From Candidatus Latescibacterota bacterium (GTDB lineage: Bacteria; Latescibacterota; UBA2968; UBA8231): 64,000 nucleotides of DNA. Of this stretch, positions 27,339-37,757 are shown piece by piece. Position numbers and translations under genes: made by a program. The DNA is taken from assembly GCA_965197905.1 (NCBI GenBank), contig CBDAOB010000003.1, positions 128,001-192,000 of the forward strand. Direction: 5' to 3'. The notes beneath the pieces are model-generated. The model was not told where the DNA came from and ran no database searches. It saw only the letters and a program-made list of their open reading frames with translations. Positions within the stretch are counted from its first letter, which is position 1; the number at the start of each line of letters is the position of its first letter.

Positions 27339-29288
27339 CGCGTAGTCATACCGTTCAACCGCGTTTTGCACGACAACCTCAAGGTCCTCGCCGAGTACGT
27401 AGCCGGCATCAACGAGGTGCTGACTGTCTGCCCTGGCCAGCCGCTCGTACTCTTCCCGGCTCGCATATCGCTCCTCGATCGAACGTCTGGGATCTCGAGT
27501 CGCACTTCTCTCTGCTGCCGTTGCCGGGAACCACCGACTGAATCCCTGCATCGGCATCTGCTGGTCCGGTGAGCCGGTTTCAATCGCGCGCGTATTCCAG
27601 CCCGCGTGTGTCGCAACAGGTTGTGAAATGTCAGGAAGCCTGATCCCAGCGACCTCGTTGCCGTCCTCGTCCACCGCGGGAACGAGGCACTGGTAAGTAG
27701 CTCCTTCCTCAGGTGGGTACTGGCCAACACCTTCGGCAGCGCGCGGTCCAAGATCGATTGTCCGGATCACCCAGAGCTTGTCGGGATGTGGTGTAGACAA
27801 TCCTGGCAGTCGGTCGAACGTCGGAAAGGTGTCAGGGCGTTTCACCGCCGTCGAGTCGTCGATCCTAGGATGCTTTGCCAACGGCGGATCCGTGGCATTT
27901 GCCACCCAGCTGACAAGGTTGACCAGAGCTGCCCGCAGAAGTGGTGAGTAGTCGACCACATTGAATGGCTCTGCTCCGAGTGCGCCTTCCGGGGCTCCGG
28001 CCGAAGTCTGCGGGAGAGTGCCAGTCCCATGTTGTGTTCCCGCGAAGTGGTACACACGAGTAGATTCGTCAGGCTCAAGGTCGACTCTGCCGATTGGGTC
28101 GGTTGTCGCGAGCGAGCAGTCTCCACGCCAGTATTCGGCCGAACTGTTCGTGTAGAACACTTTCGGCACTACGCCACTTCTGGTGAGCCGAGAAAGCAGG
28201 CCGCCGCGCCGCTGCGTGAGCGGATCCTCAATCTCTGCATCTGCAAATGGGAACATGTGACCGTAGTTTGGATACGACTGGTTGGAAGGCTGTGCGTACC
28301 TGTGATTGAAGCTGCCCATTCTTGCCCCGGCGACATGCGGTAACAGCCCGTCGAACGCCTTTCTCCCACTCTCGTCTTCATTGAGTCCCAGGTGCAGGAA
28401 GTGCCTAATCATGCGGCCAGTCTGCGATACGCCGTAGCCGACAACGTTGTCGATCTGTCCCATGCCTCCCTGCAGAGCGTCAGAGTCGTAGCGCAGAAAG
28501 GTTGCAACATCACGAAAGGCCAGGAGCCCGGTTCCCACCACAGGCGCTTCCCGGGTCGCGTAGACCACCTGGTAGTACTTGCCGGGTTGGAATCCACCTT
28601 CGAGATAGATGTGCTCATTGCTCGGTTCGACACCGTTGGTCGCCTCTCTACCGAACCTCCAGCTGCTCCGATCAACCACCGTCGCTTCGCCGTCTTCATA
28701 CTCCTTGACGTAGAGGACAGCGTCGGTGTCATCCAGGTCCGCCACCTTGAGCGGAACGTGAACGCGGTCGGCCAACAACCAGGTTCCCGTGCGTTCGTTC
28801 GGGCGGATTTCCACCACTGTCTGACCCGGGTTTCCCTCATTCGCAAGATCGGCCATCGGCGCCTGGAGACCCAGGAGTACGTCGTCGCGGTAGACGTCCC
28901 ACTGCCATCCGATGGATGCGACACTGAAACCGCGTCGGAACAGAAACCCGTCGCCCGGAGGTGGACTTGCTGAAGGTTCAGCTTGGGTCTTGTTGAAGGT
29001 GTCTATTACACATCTGCGGCCACGGTTGGGTAGTTCGACAATCAGGGTCTTAGAACCGCGGCTGCTATCGACAGGTCTCACAACGGAGAGATCGGCCTTG
29101 AAGCGGACCCGTCCACTTTCATCTCTCGGCGCAAGGTGCAGATCAACGATATCCATGTTCACGGGGGATGTGGGATCAACCGCGAACGTCAGAATCCCAT
29201 CTATCTGCTCGTATTGTCCGGCATCACCGAATGAGACGCCACCTGCGTACGGGAACCGTCGTATCTCATCGAACTCGATGACACTCAT
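27270..29288 (-). CDS. Alpha/beta hydrolase domain-containing protein
   Basis: PNRG, GWQWD, nucleophile-like GVSQTG, SAEYW, GTQH and VDEDGNEVAGIRLP; the last 21 aa are MITE-derived. Confidence 0.8.
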   Translation of the reverse strand: MSVIEFDEIRRFPYAGGVSFGDAGQYEQIDGILTFAVDPTSPVNMDIVDLHLAPRDESGRVRFKADLSVVRPVDSSRGSKTLIVELPNRGRRCVIDTFNKTQAEPSASPPPGDGFLFRRGFSVASIGWQWDVYRDDVLLGLQAPMADLANEGNPGQTVVEIRPNERTGTWLLADRVHVPLKVADLDDTDAVLYVKEYEDGEATVVDRSSWRFGREATNGVEPSNEHIYLEGGFQPGKYYQVVYATREAPVVGTGLLAFRDVATFLRYDSDALQGGMGQIDNVVGYGVSQTGRMIRHFLHLGLNEDESGRKAFDGLLPHVAGARMGSFNHRYAQPSNQSYPNYGHMFPFADAEIEDPLTQRRGGLLSRLTRSGVVPKVFYTNSSAEYWRGDCSLATTDPIGRVDLEPDESTRVYHFAGTQHGTGTLPQTSAGAPEGALGAEPFNVVDYSPLLRAALVNLVSWVANATDPPLAKHPRIDDSTAVKRPDTFPTFDRLPGLSTPHPDKLWVIRTIDLGPRAAEGVGQYPPEEGATYQCLVPAVDEDGNEVAGIRLPDISQPVATHAGWNTRAIETGSPDQQMPMQGFSRWFPATAAERSATRDPRRSIEERYASREEYERLARADSQHLVDAGYVLGEDLEVVVQNAVERYDYALVACRGNSLWNSGAEAPGPQGG

Positions 29289-29356
29289 GGGTAAACTCCT
29301 GCGTTGGCTGCACCGAGAGCATATATTACCTAATCTCTGACAGGGAGGAAAAGATC

Positions 29357-29956
29357 ATGGGGGCAGATCAGAACAAGATTCGCGTCAGCGGCGAAAACTC
29401 ATTCCTGCGCATCGGGGAGTCCGAAGATGCCGATGCGACCGCCGAGATGAGCCACTGGCGCGTGGTCGCATCTCCCAAGGGGGTCGGCCACATCCTCTTC
29501 GCCAAGAGCGTACTGTCCAACAACGAGCCGCGGATCTACTCCGACAACTTCGCCTTGGCTCGCTGGCTGCAGGAGGGTGTTCAGGCTTCCATGCGGGATA
29601 CCTACTCCGGTGACATTCCAATCATAGATGCTGAATTCTCCAAAAGCGGCGACATGTTGACGACCTGGGTCGAATACGTCGCGTCGCGGGTCGACGAGAT
29701 CATGTTGAGCTGGTACGATTTCATGGCGCCGGTCCAGGTTGCCAACCAGCCGTTCGAGAATCCGGATCAACCGCACGGTGTCTACAGCCTGTTGATTCCC
29801 GCGCGGCGCGCCGAACTCTCGATCAATGGTGAAACCGCTCCGGGACGGGTATTGCCACGGGAGCTGTTCGGCCGCGAGGGAACCAGCTGCTGTCTGGCGC
29901 TCTCGGAGACGTGGACGATTCCCGCCGATCACGAGTGGGCCGCGGACGCACTTTAG
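29357..29956 (+). CDS. Hypothetical protein
   Basis: 199-aa ORF with GGAGG RBS filling the gap between convergent and divergent genes. Confidence 0.7.
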   Translation: MGADQNKIRVSGENSFLRIGESEDADATAEMSHWRVVASPKGVGHILFAKSVLSNNEPRIYSDNFALARWLQEGVQASMRDTYSGDIPIIDAEFSKSGDMLTTWVEYVASRVDEIMLSWYDFMAPVQVANQPFENPDQPHGVYSLLIPARRAELSINGETAPGRVLPRELFGREGTSCCLALSETWTIPADHEWAADAL

Positions 29957-29958
29957 GT

Positions 29959-31917
29959 CTACACCGCTTCTTTGATCGCCCCACGCATCTTGAGGATATA
30001 CTTGGATCGATCCAGGGGTGAAATTCCCTTATAGTCGCGGCTAACACCCTCTCCTTGGGGACACGGCTCGTAGCCGCCATAGCGGAAGGCGTACTTGGCC
30101 GTGCCGCCAGTCATCGAATTCAGCCGGATCGGAAAATCCATCGACGTCGCCATGGGGATGCGGCCGCTGACGACGACCTGACCGTGCTCCGTCTGCGTGG
30201 GCTCGACGGTTCCTCGGCCATGTACGATCTCCGAGGTGATTTTCCCCACGAACGACTCGGGCGCTTCGATGCGAAACGACAGAATCGGCTCCAGCAGAAT
30301 CGTGTCGGTTTCGGTCAGCCCCCTCAATACGGCGATGTTGGTCGCCAGCTTGAAATTACCGGGCCGGCTATGCAGAACATGATCGCTGCCTTCGACCAAG
30401 GTGATCTTGAGGTCGGTCACTTCCCACCCTTTGATCCCCTGCTTCAGGGCCCCCGGAATCGAGCTTTCGATCTCACTCTGGTATTTCGCTTTGATATCGT
30501 CGACACTGACTTCGGAAGAGTAACACACACCACTGCCCCGCTCTCCGGGTTCGAGCCGGTACTTCACGATCGCCCAGCAGGGTTTCGGCATGGTGTAGCG
30601 TTCGGCTCCGTAACCGGTCGATGCCGGCGTCTCTTTGTATAACACGGTGGGATCGTCGAACCTCGCCTGGATGCCGAATCTGGTCTCGAGAAGCTCGGTC
30701 AAAATCTCGGTCTGGATGGCGCCCATGATCTTCACGTGCAGCTCACGTTCCGCATCGAACCAGGTGAAGTTCAGATGCGGGTCTTCGCTCGACAGTTGCT
30801 GCAGCGCTTGAGCCAGTCTCCCGTGATCGTCTTCGTCTTTGGGAATAGCTCGCACGCTTAGCAGGGGTTCGCTGAGCTCGTAGTTTCCCGGAACAGGCCC
30901 TGCGTCGCCCAGGACGTCTCCGATCTGGACATCCGGCATGCCGCAGATGAAACCGATGTCACCTGCGTTCAGGACGCCGGCGTCTTCATACCGATTCCCC
31001 ATCGACCTCTTGATCTGAGTCACCTTCTCCACCCGATTCGCGGTGACGTTCTGCACCGTATCCCGATTCGAGAGTTGCCCGGCAAACAACCGCACTCCAG
31101 CCACCCTTCCGAGCTTGGCATCGTGATCGAGGCGGAACACCACGCCGGACGGCGATGCATCAACCTGCGTTTGAGCGTCCGGAAAGTAGCTGACTACACC
31201 ATCGAGCAACGACTCTATGCCAACGCCGCTCTTCGCGACCCCACAGAACACCGGGAAGAGCTCTCGTTGGGGCACACAATCGACGATGGCGTTATGCAGG
31301 TCCTCGAACGAAAGCGACTCATCGCCCAGGTATCTTTCCAGCAGCAGGTCGTCCTTGGCGGCAACCACCTCGGCGAGCGCCAGAATGCCGTCTTCGTCGA
31401 GCGCGGAAACGGTGGCATCCGGAATTTCGCAGGTCACCGGCTGATTGAAGAGCACGACATCGGCGGAAAACCTGCGCTTCAAATCGGCGACGACAGCTGC
31501 TACATCGGCGCCCACTCGATCCAGCTTGTTGACGAAGAGGATAACCGGAAGGTGGAGCGCTTCGAGCGCTTTCCAGATCGTCTCCGTGTGGGACTGTATG
31601 CCTTCCACCGCGGACACCACCAGAATCGCGCCGTCGAGAATCCGCAGGGAGCGCTCTACTTCGGCTGCAAAATCCACGTGACCCGGCGTATCGATAAGAT
31701 TGATCCGCACCTCTTTCCAGGTAAAGGACAGGGTCGTAGCGCGCACCGATATCCCCCGGCGCTTCTCGACCTCGAGCCCGTCGGAAAGACTCGTGCCTTT
31801 GTCGACGTTGCCGACCGCACGAAGGGCGCCGCTCAAGAACAGCATGTTCTCGGTCACCGTCGTCTTGCCGGCATCGACATGGGCGAGGATGCCCAGATTT
31901 CTAATCCTGCTGCTCAC
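29959..31917 (-). CDS. TetM/TetO-like ribosomal protection-type translational GTPase
   Basis: LAHVDAGKTT, RGISV, IDTPGHVDF, NKLD and EF-G-like domains; 652 aa; C-terminal PLDRSKY. Confidence 0.85.
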   Translation of the reverse strand: MSSRIRNLGILAHVDAGKTTVTENMLFLSGALRAVGNVDKGTSLSDGLEVEKRRGISVRATTLSFTWKEVRINLIDTPGHVDFAAEVERSLRILDGAILVVSAVEGIQSHTETIWKALEALHLPVILFVNKLDRVGADVAAVVADLKRRFSADVVLFNQPVTCEIPDATVSALDEDGILALAEVVAAKDDLLLERYLGDESLSFEDLHNAIVDCVPQRELFPVFCGVAKSGVGIESLLDGVVSYFPDAQTQVDASPSGVVFRLDHDAKLGRVAGVRLFAGQLSNRDTVQNVTANRVEKVTQIKRSMGNRYEDAGVLNAGDIGFICGMPDVQIGDVLGDAGPVPGNYELSEPLLSVRAIPKDEDDHGRLAQALQQLSSEDPHLNFTWFDAERELHVKIMGAIQTEILTELLETRFGIQARFDDPTVLYKETPASTGYGAERYTMPKPCWAIVKYRLEPGERGSGVCYSSEVSVDDIKAKYQSEIESSIPGALKQGIKGWEVTDLKITLVEGSDHVLHSRPGNFKLATNIAVLRGLTETDTILLEPILSFRIEAPESFVGKITSEIVHGRGTVEPTQTEHGQVVVSGRIPMATSMDFPIRLNSMTGGTAKYAFRYGGYEPCPQGEGVSRDYKGISPLDRSKYILKMRGAIKEAV

Positions 31918-31995
31918 CGTCCACCGTCTCTTGCGGTCCGAAAGTTCGTGTGTCCGGTGTCATCTGATTAGCCGACAGTCCGACCGGCCGCATCA

Positions 31996-32844
31996 CTATT
32001 GCGTCAGCGGCCAGATATCCGGCGAGTAGGCATCGCGGTCGAACAGGCTGCGGCGGTACGCGCTGGCTCCCTCGGGCCAATGGGGTGGGATGGGCTGAGT
32101 GTAGCGGTGGGGTGGACCGATCTCCTTGAAGACGTAATTGAAGAGGATCCGGTAAACCTGCGAGGAATCGACCGGTTTGGCTGAGACACCGTGGAAGCAG
32201 CGGGCATTGAGAAACACCATGCTGCCGGGAGGAAGCTCCAGGGCGCGCACTTCGAGGTGGCGCCCCGCTTCCTCATCGTGCTCACCCGCCAGCAGACTCT
32301 GCTCGGCGACACCGGGCAATGGGGCGACTCTGTGGCTTCCCGGTATGACGCATAATTCAGCGTCGCCGAAGGTGAATCCAAGAGGGTAGTAAAGCATCTG
32401 GATATACCAGCGCCCGCGCTCTTCGACGTTGATCTGATTGTCGTGGTTCCAGTGATGGTGATCCTGGTGAAAACGCAGGCGCTCGGCCCCACGCGAGGTC
32501 AGGCCGATGGTGGAGTGGCAGAAATGGAAGCCGTCGCTGTCCAGAGCCTCGAGCAGAGCACGGACGAAAGGGGCATCGAACAACTGGTCCGACCAGAATT
32601 TCTTGTTGTCCCAATTCCGAATCCCCAGTCCAGGCTCGCGCTCCGCTTCGGGTTTGGCCAGGTGTTCGGCGACGGTCTCGTGAGCCAGGATCTCGTCGAT
32701 GAGACCGCGCAAGGCTTCGTCGCACAACACATCCGGGAAGGCGACATATCCATCTTCGTGGAAGGCGGCAAGGTCGTCCGGTGACGGCGCGGTAAGACGG
32801 AATAGCCCTGTGGCGGCAGTCATACGCTCAAGGTCCTGGTCCAC
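31996..32844 (-). CDS. PhyH-family dioxygenase
   Basis: FHEDGY, FHQD, IPGSH and FHGV. Confidence 0.85.
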   Translation of the reverse strand: MDQDLERMTAATGLFRLTAPSPDDLAAFHEDGYVAFPDVLCDEALRGLIDEILAHETVAEHLAKPEAEREPGLGIRNWDNKKFWSDQLFDAPFVRALLEALDSDGFHFCHSTIGLTSRGAERLRFHQDHHHWNHDNQINVEERGRWYIQMLYYPLGFTFGDAELCVIPGSHRVAPLPGVAEQSLLAGEHDEEAGRHLEVRALELPPGSMVFLNARCFHGVSAKPVDSSQVYRILFNYVFKEIGPPHRYTQPIPPHWPEGASAYRRSLFDRDAYSPDIWPLTQ

Positions 32845-32959
32845 GTGGAATGGAAAATAGGTCGTACAGGTGGTGGAGGCGGCGATATCTCGGTAGAATA
32901 ACGCAAGCGTTTGGACCGAGACAAGCTTGTCCTATTTTGACTAGTAAACGGGAGGCAGC

Positions 32960-35390
32960 TATGAGTCCGCAGAATTCGACCAAATCAAAACACGCGGGGG
33001 CCACGGCCGCGAGATTGAAGGAACTGCCCTACGAGAAGCGGGTCTGCCGGCTGGAGGACACCGGTATTCTGCGGCCCAAACGGGCGGGCAGCGATCGTTC
33101 CCTCGAGGACGACGTCGCGATGCTCAAAGAAGTGGGACTCGAAGTCCTGGTTATTGGACCGGAGCTCTTCCGAGAGCTGCCCAGCTTCAAGTCGGACGTG
33201 ATTCCCCCGCCTCCCGATGACGATCCGGATTGGGTGCCTGCGGGCTTGGACCTGCTGCATAAGGCCGGAATTCTCGTACTCACCTACTATCCGCTGAATT
33301 GGCCCTCCAAGCCGCTGGCGCCGACGCACCCGGAGTGGGGGATGTGTTATCTGGATGACGGCAGGCCGATTCCCAAGAGCCACGGGGTGGTCTGTTTCAA
33401 CTCTCCCTACCGCGACTGGCTGCCGGAATATCTCAACGAGTATCTCGATCTCTACGATATCGACGGATTCTATTTCGACGACACCAACTGGGGTTCCCAT
33501 CTGGACGAATACCCTCAGCTGGAAGGCTATTACTTAGGCAATTTTGTCTCCTGCTGCTGCCCGTATTGCGAGCAACTCTTTCGCCAGGATACCGGGCTCG
33601 AGATTCCGCGAAAGATCGATTTCGAGTCTCAGGAGTTCAGGCATTTTCTCAACTGGCGGTACGACACGTTCAAGAGCTTCCTGCATCACGTATTCGGCCG
33701 CGTAAAAGAGAGACATCCCGACACCATTCTCGACCTGAATTATTATGGGTGGCCGGCAACCGATTGGAGATGGGGTCACCCTCTGAACTCCCTGCACCTG
33801 GAGGATGTGGACAGTTGTTGGTTCGTTGAGTCCATAACCGGGTCGCTGCGCGAGCCCGCTTTTATCGCCAAATGGCTCCGAGCCACCGGAACCCCATTCG
33901 CCGTCTTTCGCAATGTTGCGCAGACGCTCACCGGGTTTCGCGGCGCTCCGTACGCCGAACCGTTTTCAGCCGCCGTTTTTTCGTTCGCGTCCATCGCCAA
34001 CGGCGGCCAACCCTGTGGAGATCCCTTCGGTGGTATTACGGTTCTTCGCAAAGACACCATGAAATGGGTCTACGGGGAGCTACAGAAGCGGCGCGACTAC
34101 ATCCAGGGCGAAACCGTAAAGTATGTCGCGCTCCATCTGTCGCAGCAGAACAGAGATTTTCGACCGTCGGAGTTGCCCAAGAACATGGGAAAGATTCCTA
34201 AGAGGCAGACCGCGCAGAAAGACGCTCACGGTGCCTACGAGATTCTCAACCGCTCGCACCTCCTGTTCGATTTCGTTCTCGACGAACGTCTGACCCACGA
34301 GCATCTCTCTCAGTATCGGGTGATTTTCCTCTCCAACAGCGCCTACCTCTCCGAGCGGCAGTGTGACGACCTGAGAAAGCTCGTGGAAGAAGGCTGCACC
34401 CTCATCGCTACCCACGAAACGTCGCTATTGGATGAGCTGGGGCGGGCGCGAGGCGAGTTCGCGCTGGCCGATGTATTCGGCGTGGATTTCCGCGGCTCAC
34501 ACGGCGGCGAGGATGACCACGCTGTAGTCTACGTCCCGCAGGATTCGGAGTTGGCACGGGACTTCGGGCATGTCATCTGCTTCTACGGTCAGGAATCTTC
34601 GGTGTCTGTTCGACCCGACGCAGATCTGGAGATTCTGTGTACCCGGACCAGTCTGGATAGTCTGGAGAGATTCGATCCGGGGAAAGAGTACGATTCAGCC
34701 GAGCCGACGGTGACCGTAAACCAGTACGGCAAAGGCCATTGTAGCCTGCCAGTCGGGCAAGCCGCTAATCGCGTCCGAAACGGGCAGGCCATTTACATCG
34801 CCGGGGATGTTGGCGGGGCGTACCTGAACAATCCGTACCCGCCGTTGAAACGGTTCGTCGCCTACCTGATCAAGCGCACCAGGGCGCCCATGGAGATCGA
34901 GGCCCCGGAAGCCATCGAGGCCACGGCCGCCGTGAGAGACAGCGGTGAGCTGATGATTCCCCGGCGAGGGTGCGTCCCTCGACACCCTCGACCGATTGCA
35001 AACTTCCCTGCGCGAGCGCTGATCGCGGATGTCGCGGATGTACTGGTGCGCATCCGTTTTCTCGACCCGGAACTTCCCAACTCCCATGGTGATAATCCGC
35101 AGGTAGCTAGAGTAGATCTGATCGCCGGTGATGTGACCGGAAAGGCGGAGCGCGACGCCGACAGCAACGAGAGCACGCGCGTTGCGGCGCGTTTCACTGC
35201 CAGCGATTGGCGCCGGGATGGCGATTTCCACAGCGTGGAGTTTCGACTGGAGACGGTAACGGCCAACGGCTACCTGCGCGTACGCGGCACGAACGGCAGC
35301 GAGCTGGAACCTGAAGAAGATCCCAAGGGCGAGGATCCCTGGAGCGATCTCTGGTTCTATTCGAATCCGGTATTTCTGAACGTGGAATAG
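32960..35390 (+). CDS. GH42/GHL6-like glycoside hydrolase with trimerisation-like domain, apparently fused to a foreign C-terminal segment
   Basis: CFNSPYR, DGFYFD, CCCPYC and LIATHETSLLDELG; after ~34960 the sequence switches to YLRVRGTN...DPWSDLWFYSNPVF. Confidence 0.7.
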
Positions 35391-35538
35391 CGGGGCAGGG
35401 GTCCAGGTCACGAACGGAATCATGCCACGTTCGATACCAACAAGGCAGGTTTTGCCCTACCCGCGCCTCGGGGCTTCGGTTAATATTTAGTAGGTGTCGA
35501 GATAGCAACGGTGACAACCACTCAACAAGGGTTCGTTC

Positions 35539-35838
35539 ATGCCTTTAGTGCAAGACATCCTGGTGTTGTTCCAATCCACGCCAGGCCTGGATGCCGCTGT
35601 AACCGCCTGGTCCCGTTACGAGGCGTCGAAGGGTAGTACCATCCCTGACCTGTCCGACGAGGCGGAGCCCCCCTATGGCACGGCAATGGAGGCGATGCGC
35701 GACGGCTGGCAGGTCATCCAGATGTCGGAATTGAAACAGCGCTTGCCCGACGACGCCTACGAAGACGGTCCGCTGCCCTACCAAACGGTGCTGTCGAGAT
35801 TCAACGAAATCGAAGAGGGGAACGAGGAACAGTCATGA
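35539..35838 (+). CDS. Small hypothetical protein coupled to PhyH
   Basis: 99 aa with EPPY...DGWQVIQ; ATGA overlap with the next gene. Confidence 0.65.
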   Translation: MPLVQDILVLFQSTPGLDAAVTAWSRYEASKGSTIPDLSDEAEPPYGTAMEAMRDGWQVIQMSELKQRLPDDAYEDGPLPYQTVLSRFNEIEEGNEEQS

Positions 35839-36659
35839 CGGATCATCTTCTGTCATCAGTGCAGATGGCACAATTCGTAAGCCACGGGTATCTGAAATTC
35901 GACGACATGGTGCCGCGGGAGTTGTGTGAAGGCTGCCTCGAAGAGATGCGAAACAACAAGGGGTATCTCGAGGTGGGGACACCGTTCGAGGATACCTGGC
36001 CGCAGGGAACGGCTCTGGGTGACGCGTTTCGGCTACCCGCCGTGCGCGGCTTGATCCACTCATTGGTTGGCCCGGACCCACTCTACGACCATCATGCCGC
36101 CCACTATGTTGGCGGACAGAAGCTCATGGGACCGAACAAACATCAGGACTCGGTGATCGATTTCCGTGAGAACTATTTCGACATCCAGCTGTCGCTTTTC
36201 CCCGCCGACACGCCCGATGAAATGGGAGGCACCTTTCTGATCCCAGGGACCCAATTCCGCAATGTGCGCACCAGCGAAATCAGTTTTTACCAGCATATGC
36301 GCGGCAAGGTCTGGGCCTCTTGCTCGGCAGGGACCATGTACGTGTGGAACACCCGCGTCTGGCACGGCGCCCGCAGCAATCACACCGATCAAGAACGGTA
36401 CATGTACAAGCTGCGGTTGAATCCGACGCGACCTCAGGTGAAGAACTTCGACACCTCGGATCTGGACGATCCAGAGATCGACAAGGTTTTGAGCTACAAC
36501 CACGGTTGGGAAGGGAACGATTTCCGCTACGAGCTCATGCGGCGGGTGAAACTGTGGCGTTTCGTATCCGATCAGCCAGATTACGATGTGGGAGAGCGTT
36601 TCCTGCGCCGCATCGAATACCTCCCGGGTCACCGAGTGACGGGGTTCGTGGCCCGCTGA
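35835..36659 (+). CDS. PhyH-family dioxygenase
   Basis: QFVSHGYL, HQD, MGGTFLIPG and WHGARSN...R. Confidence 0.85.
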   Translation: MTDHLLSSVQMAQFVSHGYLKFDDMVPRELCEGCLEEMRNNKGYLEVGTPFEDTWPQGTALGDAFRLPAVRGLIHSLVGPDPLYDHHAAHYVGGQKLMGPNKHQDSVIDFRENYFDIQLSLFPADTPDEMGGTFLIPGTQFRNVRTSEISFYQHMRGKVWASCSAGTMYVWNTRVWHGARSNHTDQERYMYKLRLNPTRPQVKNFDTSDLDDPEIDKVLSYNHGWEGNDFRYELMRRVKLWRFVSDQPDYDVGERFLRRIEYLPGHRVTGFVAR

Positions 36660-36887
36660 GAATCAGACTCTCCGAATTTACGGGGCCTCCAAGGGTTTCC
36701 GAGCACCTCTCAACCGCCACCGCAAAGCTGAAACGAGGTAGGCTTACACGGGCCGTTTCGCCCGTGCCCAGCCGACTTTACGAGAGGAGACCGGTTTATT
36801 TTGTTCGTAAGAATGATCAAGACGAAGAAATGTGCTCAGGAGTGCCCGGATCCCACCCCCATATCACATTAACTACGGTGCAAGAAT

Positions 36888-37709
36888 ATGAAAACCGATC
36901 TGACTCAAGAGCAGATAGATGATTACCGACGAGACGGCTGTCTCATCCTCGAGGAGTTCCTCGCCAACAAAGAGCTGGAGACCCTTACCGCGGCCATCAC
37001 CAAGTGCGTAGAGGAGATGGGGTCATGGAAGCTGAGTGGTGAAGTGGGTCGGACTGATAGGTGGAAACAGGGAAACGAGTATTACGACCGGGTGTTTATC
37101 CAGCGCATAAACCTGTGGAAGATCAACGAAACGGTGAAGAGCTTTTTCCTCGACCCGGAGCTGGGAGAGATGCTGTGCCAATTGGAAGGTATAGATGGCA
37201 TCCGGGTGTGGCACGACCAGACGCTGCAGAAACAGCCCTGGGCGAACCCCACGGCCTGGCACTCGGACGACCCGAAGTGGTCGTTCCACACTCCCCACGC
37301 GATCTCGATCTGGATCGCCCTGGATGACACGACGGTACAAAACGGCTGCATGTACTACCTCCCGGGTTCCCACAAGCTGGGGAGCTACGAGAATCTGGCG
37401 ATTCGCGAGGACACGGGTGGTTATTTCGAGGTGTTCCCGCAGTTCAAACGGGTACAGCCGATAGTTGGGGAAATGAAAGCGGGGGACGCGGGCATCCACA
37501 ACGGATTGACCGCCCACGGCGCCGGGCCCAACATGACCCCGGGGTGGCGGCGGGCGATGACCTGTGCTTATATGCCGGATGGAGCAACTTTCAACGGCAT
37601 TCCAAACATCCTGTCGAAAGAGCAGCTGGCCAACCTCGAGGTGGGTGACGTTCTGGACGATGAAAGTCAGAACCCGCTGGTCTGGTCGACGGAGATGGTG
37701 GCAAGCTAG
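36888..37709 (+). CDS. PhyH-family dioxygenase
   Basis: WHSD, WIALDD, NGCMYYLPGSH and HGAGPNMT..WRR. Confidence 0.9.
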   Translation: MKTDLTQEQIDDYRRDGCLILEEFLANKELETLTAAITKCVEEMGSWKLSGEVGRTDRWKQGNEYYDRVFIQRINLWKINETVKSFFLDPELGEMLCQLEGIDGIRVWHDQTLQKQPWANPTAWHSDDPKWSFHTPHAISIWIALDDTTVQNGCMYYLPGSHKLGSYENLAIREDTGGYFEVFPQFKRVQPIVGEMKAGDAGIHNGLTAHGAGPNMTPGWRRAMTCAYMPDGATFNGIPNILSKEQLANLEVGDVLDDESQNPLVWSTEMVAS

Positions 37710-37757
37710 CTGCCGGAGCAGGTCCATCCGGCGGGGGCACCCAACTCTAGGATTCAA

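Noticed and set aside
34733..34793. AGGCCATT direct repeat as a target-site duplication
   Set aside because: The copies are 53 nt apart, so removal would shift the frame; not a simple TSD.
35444..35460. REP-like GTAG-GGCA-N5-TGCC
   Set aside because: Only a 4-bp stem, single copy, and no RAYT gene seen.
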